Below are positions 36,626 through 47,255 of a stretch of DNA of 64,000 bases, piece by piece. The stretch is from the NCBI GenBank assembly GCA_963678315.1, contig OY782781.1, positions 512,001 to 576,000 of the forward strand. Reading direction: 5' to 3'. The notes beneath the pieces were generated by a model that saw only the letters and a list, made by a program, of their open reading frames with translations, had not been told where the DNA came from and made no database searches. The DNA is from Candidatus Cloacimonadales bacterium (lineage in GTDB: Bacteria > Cloacimonadota > Cloacimonadia > Cloacimonadales > JAFGVF01). The position numbers were made by a program, and so were the translations under genes. Positions within the stretch are counted from its first letter, which is position 1. Each line of letters opens with the position of its first letter.

Positions 36626-38869
36626 TTATTTTACGTTATCAAATGGGTAGCGTAAAAGAGTAGTAGCTCCACGTTCTGAAATACCTGTACCAAGGATTCT
36701 ACCTTCGATAGCAACAGGTTGGATACCAGGGTTAACACCATCGAGTGATGGAGGACAGTCACCTTGCCAGAACTCAATTTTAACTTTACCAAAGCCGTCA
36801 GCATGAGTAAAACATTCGTTAAATTCAGGATTTTCTGACCATGTTAGGTAATTAACGAATTCACCTCTATCTGAAGTAAATACCCAATGAGCACCTTCGA
36901 TATTGTTACCATAACCATCTCTAGTTCTTACAGTAACAATAGCGTTTTTGTAAGTAGGAACTGGTTCATCATTATACCAGTTAATGTGAGCTGGAGTAAC
37001 ACCTAAATCTGTTTCAGCTTCATTAAGTGGAGGAGTAATTGAGAAATTATTTGTAATTTCAACACCATCACCACCAATAGTTGATACTTCTAAATTGATG
37101 TCTTGTAAAGTTAAGAATGAAGGGTATGACAATAATGTATAAGCGATACCAATAGAAGCAGTAGAATCAATATCCATACCGAATGCATCACCAATTTCAG
37201 GACCATTACCAACGTAACCAGAACCTTGAATAATACAGTCACCTTCATCAGGTAATGAGAAGAATACAGCTGTACCATAATCAACTGGGTTGTTGTATGT
37301 ATCTTTGATTTCAGCAGCTACAAGAATTTGCCATAAACCACCACCTATTTGTTGTGCAGAATCGAAACCATCAATACTAACACTAACATATGCAGGGTTA
37401 CCTGAATGAATAACGATATTTGATTTAGTAGCAACAATAGCATCTTCTACTGTAAGATCAGTGATAGCTTCTCTTGAGTTAGCTGCTCTAAGAGCAAGAA
37501 CACCAGAACCAGCACCTGAAACAACAGATACAAATGCAGATCCACCAGAAGAAGTTACAGTAACAATTCCTTCATCATCTTGTCCACTAAGTGTTGCAGG
37601 GTAACCTTCTTCTGTACCAGGAACAACTGTGTTAACAATTTTGAAGTACATTTCTGTAGCTTGGTCAACTAAGTTATCGTTGATATCATATAAATCAACT
37701 CTCATAATTCTAGTATCTTGTCCACCAGTGTTAGCAACATCAAGGTCAACTTGTTCTTGAGTTGAGAATCTGATATAATTTAATTCATCAGATTTAACAG
37801 TGAATAAAGCTTCAGTAACTAATGTATCAGCATTAGCATAAGCTTTAATGTTTGCAGGACCAGCTGAAAGTGCTGGAGTGAATTTAGCTCTGCAAATACC
37901 TGTATTATCTGTGTTTTGAGAATAAACATCTGAAGTGTTATAGAATGTACCTAAATCAGTTTCAAAACGAACTGGTTTATTCTTACAAGGGTTGTTGTAA
38001 GCATCCATAAGAACAGCTTCAACATAGATATTTCTTGGTTCATCAACTGAAGCTTCGTCTGCTTCTTCAGGATTAACAAAATCATCTTCTGCTAAATATG
38101 TGTTGATATCTAATCTGTAAGGATTACCATGATCAACATTAAAGTCATCTTCAGAAATTAAGTCACCGATAGTAGCTCTAACTGAACCCATACCAGCTTG
38201 CTGACCAACATTTAACATGATAGTAGCATTACCGTTTTGTGTAGGAACAATAGCAATTCTACCAATGTTTTCTTCATCTTCTTCAGTAAAGAAGTTACCA
38301 CGTGTAACATCAAATCTTACTAAAGTACTATCAGCAACAGGTTGACCTAATACATCAAGAACATTAGCTCTAACTAAAACACTTTGGTTAACTAAGAAGT
38401 CATGTGAAGCCATTTCAATGTTAACTTGGCTTACAGCAGGTTTTTCTACGATTTTAACTTTAGTTTTCATGCTTTTGGTAGCAACAACTTGAGTTTCATC
38501 ATATTCTGAATATGTTTTTACAAAAGCTTCTATGTTAGCATCACCAGGTTCTGCACCATCATCCCAGAAAGGAGTTTTTGCAACACCTGATTCATCAGTG
38601 TAAACTATAGCTGCAATGTTACCTCTGTCTGTACGGAATTCAACTGCAGTTTCAGGAACACCAAAGTTTTGTGCGTCTTTTACATATGCTCTGATATATG
38701 CGAAAGTAACATTATCATCTGCATAAATTGAGTCAACTGACGTAGTTAATCTTGAGATAACAAGTTCATTATCAGTTGTTGTCGGGAAATCCCTATTATC
38801 ACAACCACTAACTATAAGAAGTGCCAGTGATAGAATCATTAATAATATTGTAAAACTTTTCAATTTCAT
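36626..38869 (-). CDS. Lipoprotein with multiple invasin/intimin-like Ig (Big_1-type) domains
   Basis: Lipobox LLIVSGC; recurring 'V.D..G/YNNP....V.F.T..G' and 'TD..G.A' motifs. Confidence 0.7.
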   Translation of the reverse strand: MKLKSFTILLMILSLALLIVSGCDNRDFPTTTDNELVISRLTTSVDSIYADDNVTFAYIRAYVKDAQNFGVPETAVEFRTDRGNIAAIVYTDESGVAKTPFWDDGAEPGDANIEAFVKTYSEYDETQVVATKSMKTKVKIVEKPAVSQVNIEMASHDFLVNQSVLVRANVLDVLGQPVADSTLVRFDVTRGNFFTEEDEENIGRIAIVPTQNGNATIMLNVGQQAGMGSVRATIGDLISEDDFNVDHGNPYRLDINTYLAEDDFVNPEEADEASVDEPRNIYVEAVLMDAYNNPCKNKPVRFETDLGTFYNTSDVYSQNTDNTGICRAKFTPALSAGPANIKAYANADTLVTEALFTVKSDELNYIRFSTQEQVDLDVANTGGQDTRIMRVDLYDINDNLVDQATEMYFKIVNTVVPGTEEGYPATLSGQDDEGIVTVTSSGGSAFVSVVSGAGSGVLALRAANSREAITDLTVEDAIVATKSNIVIHSGNPAYVSVSIDGFDSAQQIGGGLWQILVAAEIKDTYNNPVDYGTAVFFSLPDEGDCIIQGSGYVGNGPEIGDAFGMDIDSTASIGIAYTLLSYPSFLTLQDINLEVSTIGGDGVEITNNFSITPPLNEAETDLGVTPAHINWYNDEPVPTYKNAIVTVRTRDGYGNNIEGAHWVFTSDRGEFVNYLTWSENPEFNECFTHADGFGKVKIEFWQGDCPPSLDGVNPGIQPVAIEGRILGTGISERGATTLLRYPFDNVK

Positions 38870-38885
38870 AATTTCTCCCAATTAA

Positions 38886-40283
38886 TTACTGTTCATCACC
38901 AAATTTGATCAATGACTCAGTCATTTCTTCTTCAATTTGGACATCCTTATTGTAGTCAGCAGCAGTGATTACAGTTGGAGTCATTTCAATAATTAAGTCT
39001 GTTTTTTCAAGTGATTCTGTTTCATGTCTGAAGAATCTACCGATATAAGGGATATCGCCTAAGAAAGGAACTTTATTTACTTGAGTGCTTAATTGAGTAT
39101 TTAAAAGACCACTCACGATAAATGTTTGACCACTAGGAACTGTGATAGTAGAATTAACTTTTCTAACTTTAGTTCTAGGTACATAACCACCAACTAAACC
39201 CATAACTGAAGAGATTTCAGGAGAGATAGTAGTAGTAATTTCATCTTCAGAATTAATACTAGGAGTAATAGATAATTTAATACCAACTTCTTCTCTTTCT
39301 ACTTGAACTTCTTTATCGTTATCAATAACAACGAAAGGAATGTTTTCACCGATGTGAACATTAGCAGTTTCACCATTAAGAGATGAAAGACGAGTATCAG
39401 TTAATATTTTTGCTGAGTTATTTTCTAATAACCAGTCAATTGTAATATCAAAAGCATATAATTGACGTGAGAAGTTACCGAAGTCATCCCAATCACTCAT
39501 TTTTTGGAAATATTGGTCAGTAGGTAATACTTCGAATTCTGATGGATCACCAAAAGGAATAGCACCAGTTTCATCAGAATAGTTATAAGGAAGTCCAACA
39601 CCAGCTGAGTTTACAGGGTTTTCTGCAAAGATAGTAGTTAAGTGATTAAGTTTTGACCAGTCAATACCCATTTCTTTACTATCATCAACATTAACTTCAA
39701 TAATTCTAACTCTAATTTGAACCTGTTTTTGAGGAACGTCAAGTTTAGTAATTTGATATTGAATATCTTCGAAAGTTTCAGGGTTAGCTCTTACAAGAAG
39801 TGCGTTTTGGCCTTCAACTTCAATAACTTCACCAGGGAAGTCTTTGAAAGCTTTAGCAATTTTCTTAGAGTTAACATATTTTAAATTTAAAATATAGTTT
39901 CTAGTACCAGACTCTTGATCAATAAGAGCTTTAGGTCCAATAACAAATGTATTTTGTCCAATAACTTTATAAGCAAGACCAGTAGATTTAGCTACTAATG
40001 AGATAGCATTTTCAACTGTGATATCTCTTAATCTGATAGTGATTCTACCCATGTCTGATTGTTCATCAGAGGATTTACCAGTTTCAGAAGCGAGAGCAAT
40101 ATTAATACCAGTTGCTTGAGAAATAGACTCAATAATAGTACCAATAGTAGCATCTTTAAAGTTCAATTCATCTATTTTCTTTTGTAATATATCATCACCT
40201 TGAGCGAAAACAAAAGATACGCTCATAAGTAATGTTAACATAATCAGAGTTATTCGTTTTATTCTAGCATCGAATATTTTCAT
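38886..40283 (-). CDS. pilQ: Secretin (PilQ/GspD family)
   Basis: LNFKDA N0 domain; LDVPQKQV.I..RIIEV; GIDW; VGIKL.ITP; KVPFLGDIP..G..F. Confidence 0.85.
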   Translation of the reverse strand: MKIFDARIKRITLIMLTLLMSVSFVFAQGDDILQKKIDELNFKDATIGTIIESISQATGINIALASETGKSSDEQSDMGRITIRLRDITVENAISLVAKSTGLAYKVIGQNTFVIGPKALIDQESGTRNYILNLKYVNSKKIAKAFKDFPGEVIEVEGQNALLVRANPETFEDIQYQITKLDVPQKQVQIRVRIIEVNVDDSKEMGIDWSKLNHLTTIFAENPVNSAGVGLPYNYSDETGAIPFGDPSEFEVLPTDQYFQKMSDWDDFGNFSRQLYAFDITIDWLLENNSAKILTDTRLSSLNGETANVHIGENIPFVVIDNDKEVQVEREEVGIKLSITPSINSEDEITTTISPEISSVMGLVGGYVPRTKVRKVNSTITVPSGQTFIVSGLLNTQLSTQVNKVPFLGDIPYIGRFFRHETESLEKTDLIIEMTPTVITAADYNKDVQIEEEMTESLIKFGDEQ

Positions 40284-40296
40284 TAGTTTCTCCTAC

Positions 40297-40863
40297 TTAA
40301 TAATTTTGATTTGCGTTAAACTGAATACCATTTTGTTGCTTATCTTTTGTATCAGCATTAGTTTCATAGATATTCATTCTATTCTTTAGTCTAATAGTAC
40401 TACCATTAGAAAGGCGTGCAGTTTGCTTTTCTGAATTAGCAGCGATTATTTTAATACCATTAGTACCTTTTATTACTTCACCAATTGCATATTGTTTTTC
40501 AATATCTTTGTGTTCAATTGTAACAAACTTTTGTTCATTGAAAGTTATTACACCAGCAAGTCTAATCTCATTACGGCGTTTTTGAAGTCTGATTTTAATT
40601 TCATCCACTTTCTTTGGTAATATGATATCTTGCTTAAGAGGATCTTTTTCTACAGAGAAAGTAAAGTTCTTTCTATTAGAAATACCAGATTCAATGTCAG
40701 CAGCTTGTTTTAACAAGTTAGCATCTACATCCTGCTTAGCATAAGCTGATTCAGCAGTTACTTTTTGTTCACCATTGTAGTGATTAAATGCGAGAACACC
40801 AAGTACAATTACTGCAGCAACTAAGAGAATATAAGCTAAATCTTTTACATATCTATATTCCAT
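40297..40863 (-). CDS. PilP-position alignment protein
   Basis: N-terminal TM; 'KDPL' and 'IRLAGVI' resemble PilP/GspC HR domain; lies between pilO and secretin. Confidence 0.5.
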   Translation of the reverse strand: MEYRYVKDLAYILLVAAVIVLGVLAFNHYNGEQKVTAESAYAKQDVDANLLKQAADIESGISNRKNFTFSVEKDPLKQDIILPKKVDEIKIRLQKRRNEIRLAGVITFNEQKFVTIEHKDIEKQYAIGEVIKGTNGIKIIAANSEKQTARLSNGSTIRLKNRMNIYETNADTKDKQQNGIQFNANQNY

Positions 40864-40865
40864 AA

Positions 40866-41426
40866 TTACCTCATTTTGTGTTTAATGAATGAAATGCTCA
40901 AATTAACACTATATTTTTTATCAAGATCTTCAACCTTAATTTCAGATGCAGATTTCTTTTGAACAGTCTTAATTGGTTCAATTTCAAAACTATTAATAAC
41001 AGTTAGATAATCCATTTTTTCTAATGAATTCATAAATTTACCTAATTTCACGTAAGTTGTAGAAAAAACAAATGAGAATTCATGTTCTATTCTATCAGAC
41101 TTAGTAAACAAGTCTTTATGGTCAATTTCAGATAAGTTAATATCTAAATTATGAGCTAGAGCATCCATTTCTTCGATCATTTCATGAATTTCATCAGATG
41201 AGAATTCTTTTTCTTTGGTAAGAGAGTGATCAAGAATTACAGTGAATCCACCAAGTTGTTCAGCTTGAACTTTACAGCTGTTAAGGTCTTGGCGAGCAAC
41301 TTTAATTTCTTTATCTAGCTTTTTAATATTAGTATTACTATCAGCAAAAACTTGACTAAAATAGAAGAAGTATCCAACAGAGAGAGCAATAATTACAATA
41401 ATTAGAATCCAATAGTTACGTTTCAT
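40866..41426 (-). CDS. pilO: PilO-like protein
   Basis: TM + coiled coil + 'TY..LG.F...LE....L..I' ferredoxin-like domain; synteny. Confidence 0.7.
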   Translation of the reverse strand: MKRNYWILIIVIIALSVGYFFYFSQVFADSNTNIKKLDKEIKVARQDLNSCKVQAEQLGGFTVILDHSLTKEKEFSSDEIHEMIEEMDALAHNLDINLSEIDHKDLFTKSDRIEHEFSFVFSTTYVKLGKFMNSLEKMDYLTVINSFEIEPIKTVQKKSASEIKVEDLDKKYSVNLSISFIKHKMR

Positions 41427-42055
41427 TATTTTCTCCTCTTCTTATCGTAGTATTTACTCATACACTTAATAGTAAAGCCATAAACGACATCCATTTCAGG
41501 ACCAGCTGCCTCTAGACTTTCAACTTTTTTAACAAGGTCTCTGTTAACAAATTCAACTGATTTGAAATCATTGAATTCTTCTCTTTCAACAAGACTAGTT
41601 CTATATTTGTTGATAATATCTTGAGGAACGTCAGCAGTTTTAGCTTTAATAAGTCCTTCTAATTCCCATGAACCATTTTCAAAAGAGAATTTAGAGATTG
41701 CTAAACTATCAGAAGTAATTTCTGCTAAAGCTTGAAGCTTTTTAGTCCAGAAAATTCTTTTGTTATAAGTTTCAGCAAAAGTCTGCATATCTTTTTCAAG
41801 GTTTGAAGAATCTGAAGCTTTAAGTACTTGTGGATATTTTTTTATTTCATTTTTAATCTCGGTTAACTGTTGTTTTCTAGTATTTATCTTTTTATCCATA
41901 TTGGTAAGAGTCCAATAAGTGAATCCACCGATAAGGATAAATATAATTAGAAATGCAATCCAAGTATTAATATAAGTTCTTTTTTCTTTTTGAGCTTTTA
42001 ATCTTTCTTCACCAAACTTATTCAGATTCATTCCAAAATAGAATTGTTCCATCAT
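41426..42055 (-). CDS. pilN: PilN-like protein
   Basis: N-terminal 'MNLN', TM, coiled coil, 'W...L..LA..T'; follows pilM. Confidence 0.7.
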   Translation of the reverse strand: MMEQFYFGMNLNKFGEERLKAQKEKRTYINTWIAFLIIFILIGGFTYWTLTNMDKKINTRKQQLTEIKNEIKKYPQVLKASDSSNLEKDMQTFAETYNKRIFWTKKLQALAEITSDSLAISKFSFENGSWELEGLIKAKTADVPQDIINKYRTSLVEREEFNDFKSVEFVNRDLVKKVESLEAAGPEMDVVYGFTIKCMSKYYDKKRRK

Positions 42056-42061
42056 TTCCCC

Positions 42062-43129
42062 CTATTCTGGTCTCATAGCAAGACCGAGAGCTAAGCATAG
42101 TTGAGGGTCTTGACTATCTTTAAATTTGTCTGGCATTTCAAGATTGCTAAATGGATTATAGACTTCAGTAGGGATATTGATTTTAGATTCAATATATTCA
42201 CTAAGGCCTTTAAGTTTAGCTGAACCGCCCATTATATAAACTTTTTGGAAATCACTATTTCCAGCTTCTTTAACGTAGAATCTGATAGATCTTCTGATTT
42301 CATCAGCGATCATATCTTCAGTATTCTTTTCAGAAATATCAAGCATAGAGAGAGTAGTTTCACCTGTTTCTTCAGCAGCTTTTAAACCGTGTTCGAATTT
42401 AAAAGTTTCAGCTGCTGGGAATTCAAGGTTATGTTTTCTCATAATATCTTGAGTGAAGTTATATCCACCATATTCAATATCTCTAGTAAAGAATTTTGCT
42501 TTTGGTCCCCAAATAACTATGTTAGTTCTGTGAGCACCAATATTAACAAGCACAAACACACCTTCTTCAACAAAAGAATTAAGTGCAAAGCAATTGCCAA
42601 TACCGAAAGCATCAATATCAATGATACCAGGTACAATACCTGCTGCAGAAAGTATATCAGTGTGACCATTGATTACATTCTTAGTTGATGCAGCTAGCAA
42701 TATGTTCATGTTGTTTGTTTTATCTTCAATACTTAATACTTGGTAATCTAACACCATTTCGCTACCACTGATTGGTATGTGTTTTTTTGCTTCAAAAGAC
42801 AAAGCAGAATCAAGTTCATCTTCAGGTAAATAAATTGTTTTTACCTGTTTGATACTTGTGTCATCACCACCAACAGAGCTTACGACATGTTTGATCTTTT
42901 TCGGATTAAGCTTCATCCCTTTGAGGATAGAGCCTAATACAGGAGCGAAACGATCATTACTTAAATCATTGGGAAGATATTCGATTCCTTCAGGTATTGT
43001 TGAACGTATATCATAATTCAACAATTTATACCCATGGCTAAGACGTTTCAAATGAACGACTTTAACACTATGAGAACCTATATCTATACCAAGCGATTCT
43101 TTAAATTTAACTTTCTTTTTCTTACTCAT
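42062..43129 (-). CDS. pilM: Type IV pilus protein PilM
   Basis: GIDIGSHSVK, EAKKHIP, VNIGAHRT, GG..FT, GGSAKL.GL, ALGLAMR. Confidence 0.92.
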   Translation of the reverse strand: MSKKKKVKFKESLGIDIGSHSVKVVHLKRLSHGYKLLNYDIRSTIPEGIEYLPNDLSNDRFAPVLGSILKGMKLNPKKIKHVVSSVGGDDTSIKQVKTIYLPEDELDSALSFEAKKHIPISGSEMVLDYQVLSIEDKTNNMNILLAASTKNVINGHTDILSAAGIVPGIIDIDAFGIGNCFALNSFVEEGVFVLVNIGAHRTNIVIWGPKAKFFTRDIEYGGYNFTQDIMRKHNLEFPAAETFKFEHGLKAAEETGETTLSMLDISEKNTEDMIADEIRRSIRFYVKEAGNSDFQKVYIMGGSAKLKGLSEYIESKINIPTEVYNPFSNLEMPDKFKDSQDPQLCLALGLAMRPE

Positions 43130-43154
43130 ATCGCCTCTTTATTCATTATATAAA

Positions 43155-45086
43155 TTAATAATCTGTGAGAATTGCAGGAGCGCTATCACCAGTCATTAGA
43201 TACCAAGATTCAGCATCAAACTGTGTAATACCACCTTTAAGTTGTACTTCTGGGAATTTTGGTGGAGGGCTAATCCTAAATCTATTATCGTAGTGATAAG
43301 ATTTTTGATAACCAACACCCGATCCAGTAGCGCCAGGAGCATTTGTTCCACCTTGGTTACTTGGACTACCGTAAAGATAGTTAGCAATATCCCAGTTATT
43401 ATCTGTGTAGTTAATTGGGTCACTACCTGATCTATGTACGAAACCTCTTCTACGTTGTGCAACAGAACCAAATAGTCTGATTGTACCACGTTCTTTGTAA
43501 GTTTCTGCATTAGTTTCAGGCCATAGTGGTCCGTAGAATGGATAACAGTATATTCCAGGCCAATCAGCTGTTATATCTAAGAAGTGTAAAGGTCCCCAAT
43601 CGTCTCCAATCATATCATTTGCAAAGTTATCCCAACCAGAATCTTGGAGGGCATTATTTACTCTTACAAATAGACCTTTATGAGGATGTTGATATTGGAA
43701 AGAGAAAGTACCATCTTCCATGGAAGTTTCTCCTCTACCTAATGCACACATAGCTGCATATATGTAGATACCACCATCATCTTCATCACCTTCTTCATCT
43801 TCAGCTCTTCCACAATTGTATTTAACTCTAACTGAATCATCAGGGTGTCTGAAACCGTATTGAATAATAATAGATCTTTCAGAAATAAGACCAACAATAT
43901 CAGAATTATTCTGAGTACCGTTAAGGTTATCAACATTGTTACCATCTGGAGTATCTCCTTTAGCTGTATTAACTAAAAGGATATCACCAGCAAGGTACAT
44001 TGTATCTGATGAACACCAAGTTTGTTGTCCACCAAATTCACCCATAAGCCATAATTCGCCATCGATAAATATAGAGTTATTTGCAACGTTACCAGAACCA
44101 CCTGAAGCCCATATAGTGTCCTTATTAATAAGGTATTGAACATCTATAGAGTCATCAGGAGTTATGTCGTTTTGATTTCCGTCAGCTGCAGTATCATAGA
44201 TAATCACAGTATCTTGGATAGTGTCCATTCTTTGACCATACCAAGCGGTATAAGAATTACCATTAGCAACAGCGAAGAAAATATCACCTTCACCCACAGA
44301 TACACCAACACCTGTTCTTGCAGCAGTAGCAGTTTCAGGATATTCAATTTCAGGTGCATTTTCAGTATATCCATCTAAGAAAACTTCCTCATAAGGAATA
44401 GTTCCATTTTCAGATTGAATTTCTCCAGAAGTATATACATGGTCATGGAATAAAGGCCAACCATTATTATCACCAGTAGTTCTTTTTAACCAAATATCAC
44501 TATTGGTTCTAACCTTACCATAAATTTCATCGCGACCATAAAAATAAACTTTATCGTCACCTAAATCTTGATTTATAGATTGGTCAGTTTCAGTAAAGTA
44601 GTGATATCCTGCAAAAGTATTCTTTTTAATTGCTTTTCTACCATACAACTCAACATTAGATTTCTTTTTGTTATAACCTGTACCAACATAAGCAGTAGCT
44701 AAAGTATTAATACCATAGTTATAAGCGAATTCAAACAGTGAAGTTTGAATATCGTTACCTCTAAGCATCATAGTGCGAAGTTTGAATGTATTCAAACCAA
44801 AACCACTATTAATCTCTTTAGTCATACCACCCATATCGACAACATCTGGTAGTGTTCCACTTTGGGCAAAATCTAACATATTCTCAGTTGCTTTAAGTGA
44901 GCGAGTCCCTTCGGATCTAATCAAATGAAGCTCTTGAAGAGCATGATAAGATTGAACAAGACTTCTTGTATCAGTAACCCCAATTCGAGTAATGGCTACT
45001 GCTGACATCAACGCAATTGCAACAACTGCAAATGACAAAGCAATAAACCCATTATCGTTAACAAATTTCTTCATAAACTTTTTCAT
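43155..45086 (-). CDS. Large PilX/GspK-like minor pilin with extended acidic C-terminal domain
   Basis: NG|FIALS prepilin-like N-terminus lacking Glu5; terminal 'GY.K.Y.YD.RF...PPP.FP'; last of the minor-pilin genes. Confidence 0.6.
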   Translation of the reverse strand: MKKFMKKFVNDNGFIALSFAVVAIALMSAVAITRIGVTDTRSLVQSYHALQELHLIRSEGTRSLKATENMLDFAQSGTLPDVVDMGGMTKEINSGFGLNTFKLRTMMLRGNDIQTSLFEFAYNYGINTLATAYVGTGYNKKKSNVELYGRKAIKKNTFAGYHYFTETDQSINQDLGDDKVYFYGRDEIYGKVRTNSDIWLKRTTGDNNGWPLFHDHVYTSGEIQSENGTIPYEEVFLDGYTENAPEIEYPETATAARTGVGVSVGEGDIFFAVANGNSYTAWYGQRMDTIQDTVIIYDTAADGNQNDITPDDSIDVQYLINKDTIWASGGSGNVANNSIFIDGELWLMGEFGGQQTWCSSDTMYLAGDILLVNTAKGDTPDGNNVDNLNGTQNNSDIVGLISERSIIIQYGFRHPDDSVRVKYNCGRAEDEEGDEDDGGIYIYAAMCALGRGETSMEDGTFSFQYQHPHKGLFVRVNNALQDSGWDNFANDMIGDDWGPLHFLDITADWPGIYCYPFYGPLWPETNAETYKERGTIRLFGSVAQRRRGFVHRSGSDPINYTDNNWDIANYLYGSPSNQGGTNAPGATGSGVGYQKSYHYDNRFRISPPPKFPEVQLKGGITQFDAESWYLMTGDSAPAILTDY

Positions 45087-45087
45087 A

Positions 45088-45729
45088 TTACATCTTTCCT
45101 ATAGCCATGTAGGTTTCATAATTTACGTAGTGATATTTGTCTTCGAATAGTTCAACACGAGCTTCAAGTTCCACTTTAACAATTTTAAAAACTGTTGTAG
45201 CAAAAGGGTTACCAGGACTAAATAGTAATTTAGTCACTTCTATATCTTGATTTTTTCTTTTAACTTTATCAGGGAAAATGTAATTGTCTCTATTTGAAGA
45301 GGTAGAAGAGCCATACACGTTTTGGGTGTAACGAATAAAACCATCATCGAGATAGAATTTGATTTCATCATTAACACTTAAATCACCGCTGTTAGCAGGT
45401 GGTTTAATTATAATACCTGTTCTAGCTATTCCTTCAGCATAGTTACCAGTGAACTCTATTGAATTTGCATTACCAATCCCCATCAATTGAACTTCTGTAG
45501 GCATATTTACTTTAATTCCATGTTTCAACACTTGCATAGCTCTAAATGCTTCAGTCTGCAATCTAGATACCTTTTGCAATTCTTGATACTTTAAAAGGAA
45601 TGTTGAAATAGTTAGTGTAGCACCAACAAAGACTACTGTCATTATCGCTAAAACAGAAACTAATTCTACAAGAGTAAAGCCTTTATCATTGAATGTTTTC
45701 ACATTCTTTTTTCTTTTAAGGATTGTCAT
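45088..45729 (-). CDS. Minor pilin (PilW-like)
   Basis: KG|FTLVEL N-methylation motif. Confidence 0.8.
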   Translation of the reverse strand: MTILKRKKNVKTFNDKGFTLVELVSVLAIMTVVFVGATLTISTFLLKYQELQKVSRLQTEAFRAMQVLKHGIKVNMPTEVQLMGIGNANSIEFTGNYAEGIARTGIIIKPPANSGDLSVNDEIKFYLDDGFIRYTQNVYGSSTSSNRDNYIFPDKVKRKNQDIEVTKLLFSPGNPFATTVFKIVKVELEARVELFEDKYHYVNYETYMAIGKM

Positions 45730-46150
45730 AATAATCTTCTACCATTCTTACGTAGTGACTTTTCATTTCATCAGACGGTTCATTCCAAGAAACCATAACA
45801 GTTAATGTTGTTTGGTTCAAATTCACAGTACCGCTTGTTAGGCCGTATGAGAAATCGAGTGCAACATTTGCGTTTATGTTTCCAGCAAAGTCATCGCCCA
45901 TTACTGCTCTTCCCTTATAAAGACCATCTAAATCGAAATCTTTCTCGATCGTCTTTTTATAATATTGCCATTCAAGTTCTCCAGATGCAATCATGATACC
46001 TTGTCGGTCATGATAATTCCTAGTTATACGTTTTTCTGCATAATGAATCCCTACGAATAGAGATGATAATGCAATAAAAACAATAGCAAAAGCAGCTATC
46101 AATTCAACTAAGGTAAAACCGGAGTCTTTGAATAAATTTTTCTTTATCAT
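45716..46150 (-). CDS. Minor pilin (PilV-like)
   Basis: SG|FTLVEL motif; 'V.VSW' C-terminal strand. Confidence 0.8.
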   Translation of the reverse strand: MIKKNLFKDSGFTLVELIAAFAIVFIALSSLFVGIHYAEKRITRNYHDRQGIMIASGELEWQYYKKTIEKDFDLDGLYKGRAVMGDDFAGNINANVALDFSYGLTSGTVNLNQTTLTVMVSWNEPSDEMKSHYVRMVEDYYDNP

Positions 46151-47208
46151 CCGTTGAATCCTGCACCTGTTGCAAAGATCTTAACGTTATCAGCAACTTT
46201 TTCTGCAGTTTTTCTATCAATATTACCATTCATCACATGATTATAAAGAGATTGATCTTTAGATTGCATACCTTCTTTTGTTCCAGACTGGATAACAGAA
46301 GGGATTTGGTAAGTCTTCTCTTCACGAATCAAGTTTCTAACTGCCGCATTAGCAATCATAATTTCTAATGCAGGAACACGACCTTTACCATCTTTAGTTG
46401 GAAGCAATGTTTGAGCAATAACTGCTTCTAAAGATTCAGATAGCATAGATCTAACTTGAGCTTGCTGTTCTTTTGGGAACATATCAATAATACGGTCAAT
46501 AGATTTTGTAGCACTACTAGTATGTAGAGTAGCAAAAACTAAGTGACCTGTTTCAGCTGCAGTAAGAGCAAGTGAAACTGTCTCAAGGTCACGCAACTCA
46601 CCAACAAGGATTACATCAGGATCTTCACGAAGAGCTGATCTTAAAGCTGCGGTAAATGAGTGTGTGTCGTGTCCAAGTTCACGCTGATTCAATAAGCTGT
46701 TCTTAGTTTTATGAACAAACTCAATAGGATCTTCTATGGTTATAATATGTTTTTGAGAATGGTCATTAATTGAATCGATCATGGTTGCAAGAGTAGTAGA
46801 TTTACCACTACCAGTTGGACCAGTCACCAAAATAAGGCCTTTCTCTTTAAAGGTTAATGATTTAAGAGTTTCCGGTAAGTATAATTCTTCATAAGATTTA
46901 ATCTCATTAGGAATAACACGGAAAGCTGCAGCTAAACCATTAATTTGAGTAAATGCATTTACACGGAATCTAACATCACTTGAAAGCTTTGTTGAGAAGT
47001 CAATTTCTAACTTTTCTTTAAACATTTCAATTTGTGACTCATTCATCACACTGTATATTAGAGTACGTACATCATCTTCAGACATCATTGGTATGTTCAA
47101 TTTTTTCATTTTACCATGAACACGAACCATAGGGTGAGAACCAGCACTAATATGTAAATCTGATGCCCCTGCGTCTGAAGTGAATTTTAATAGTTCCTGA
47201 ATAGTCAT
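46147..47208 (-). CDS. pilT: Retraction ATPase PilT
   Basis: GASDLH, RFRVNAF, GPTGSGKSTT, ALREDPD, AETGHLV..TLHT, AVRNLIRE (AIRNLIRE motif). Confidence 0.95.
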   Translation of the reverse strand: MTIQELLKFTSDAGASDLHISAGSHPMVRVHGKMKKLNIPMMSEDDVRTLIYSVMNESQIEMFKEKLEIDFSTKLSSDVRFRVNAFTQINGLAAAFRVIPNEIKSYEELYLPETLKSLTFKEKGLILVTGPTGSGKSTTLATMIDSINDHSQKHIITIEDPIEFVHKTKNSLLNQRELGHDTHSFTAALRSALREDPDVILVGELRDLETVSLALTAAETGHLVFATLHTSSATKSIDRIIDMFPKEQQAQVRSMLSESLEAVIAQTLLPTKDGKGRVPALEIMIANAAVRNLIREEKTYQIPSVIQSGTKEGMQSKDQSLYNHVMNGNIDRKTAEKVADNVKIFATGAGFNG

Positions 47209-47255
47209 TTGGCCTCCAAAAGAATTTTTCTAATAATAGCTAATAAGTTATTAGA

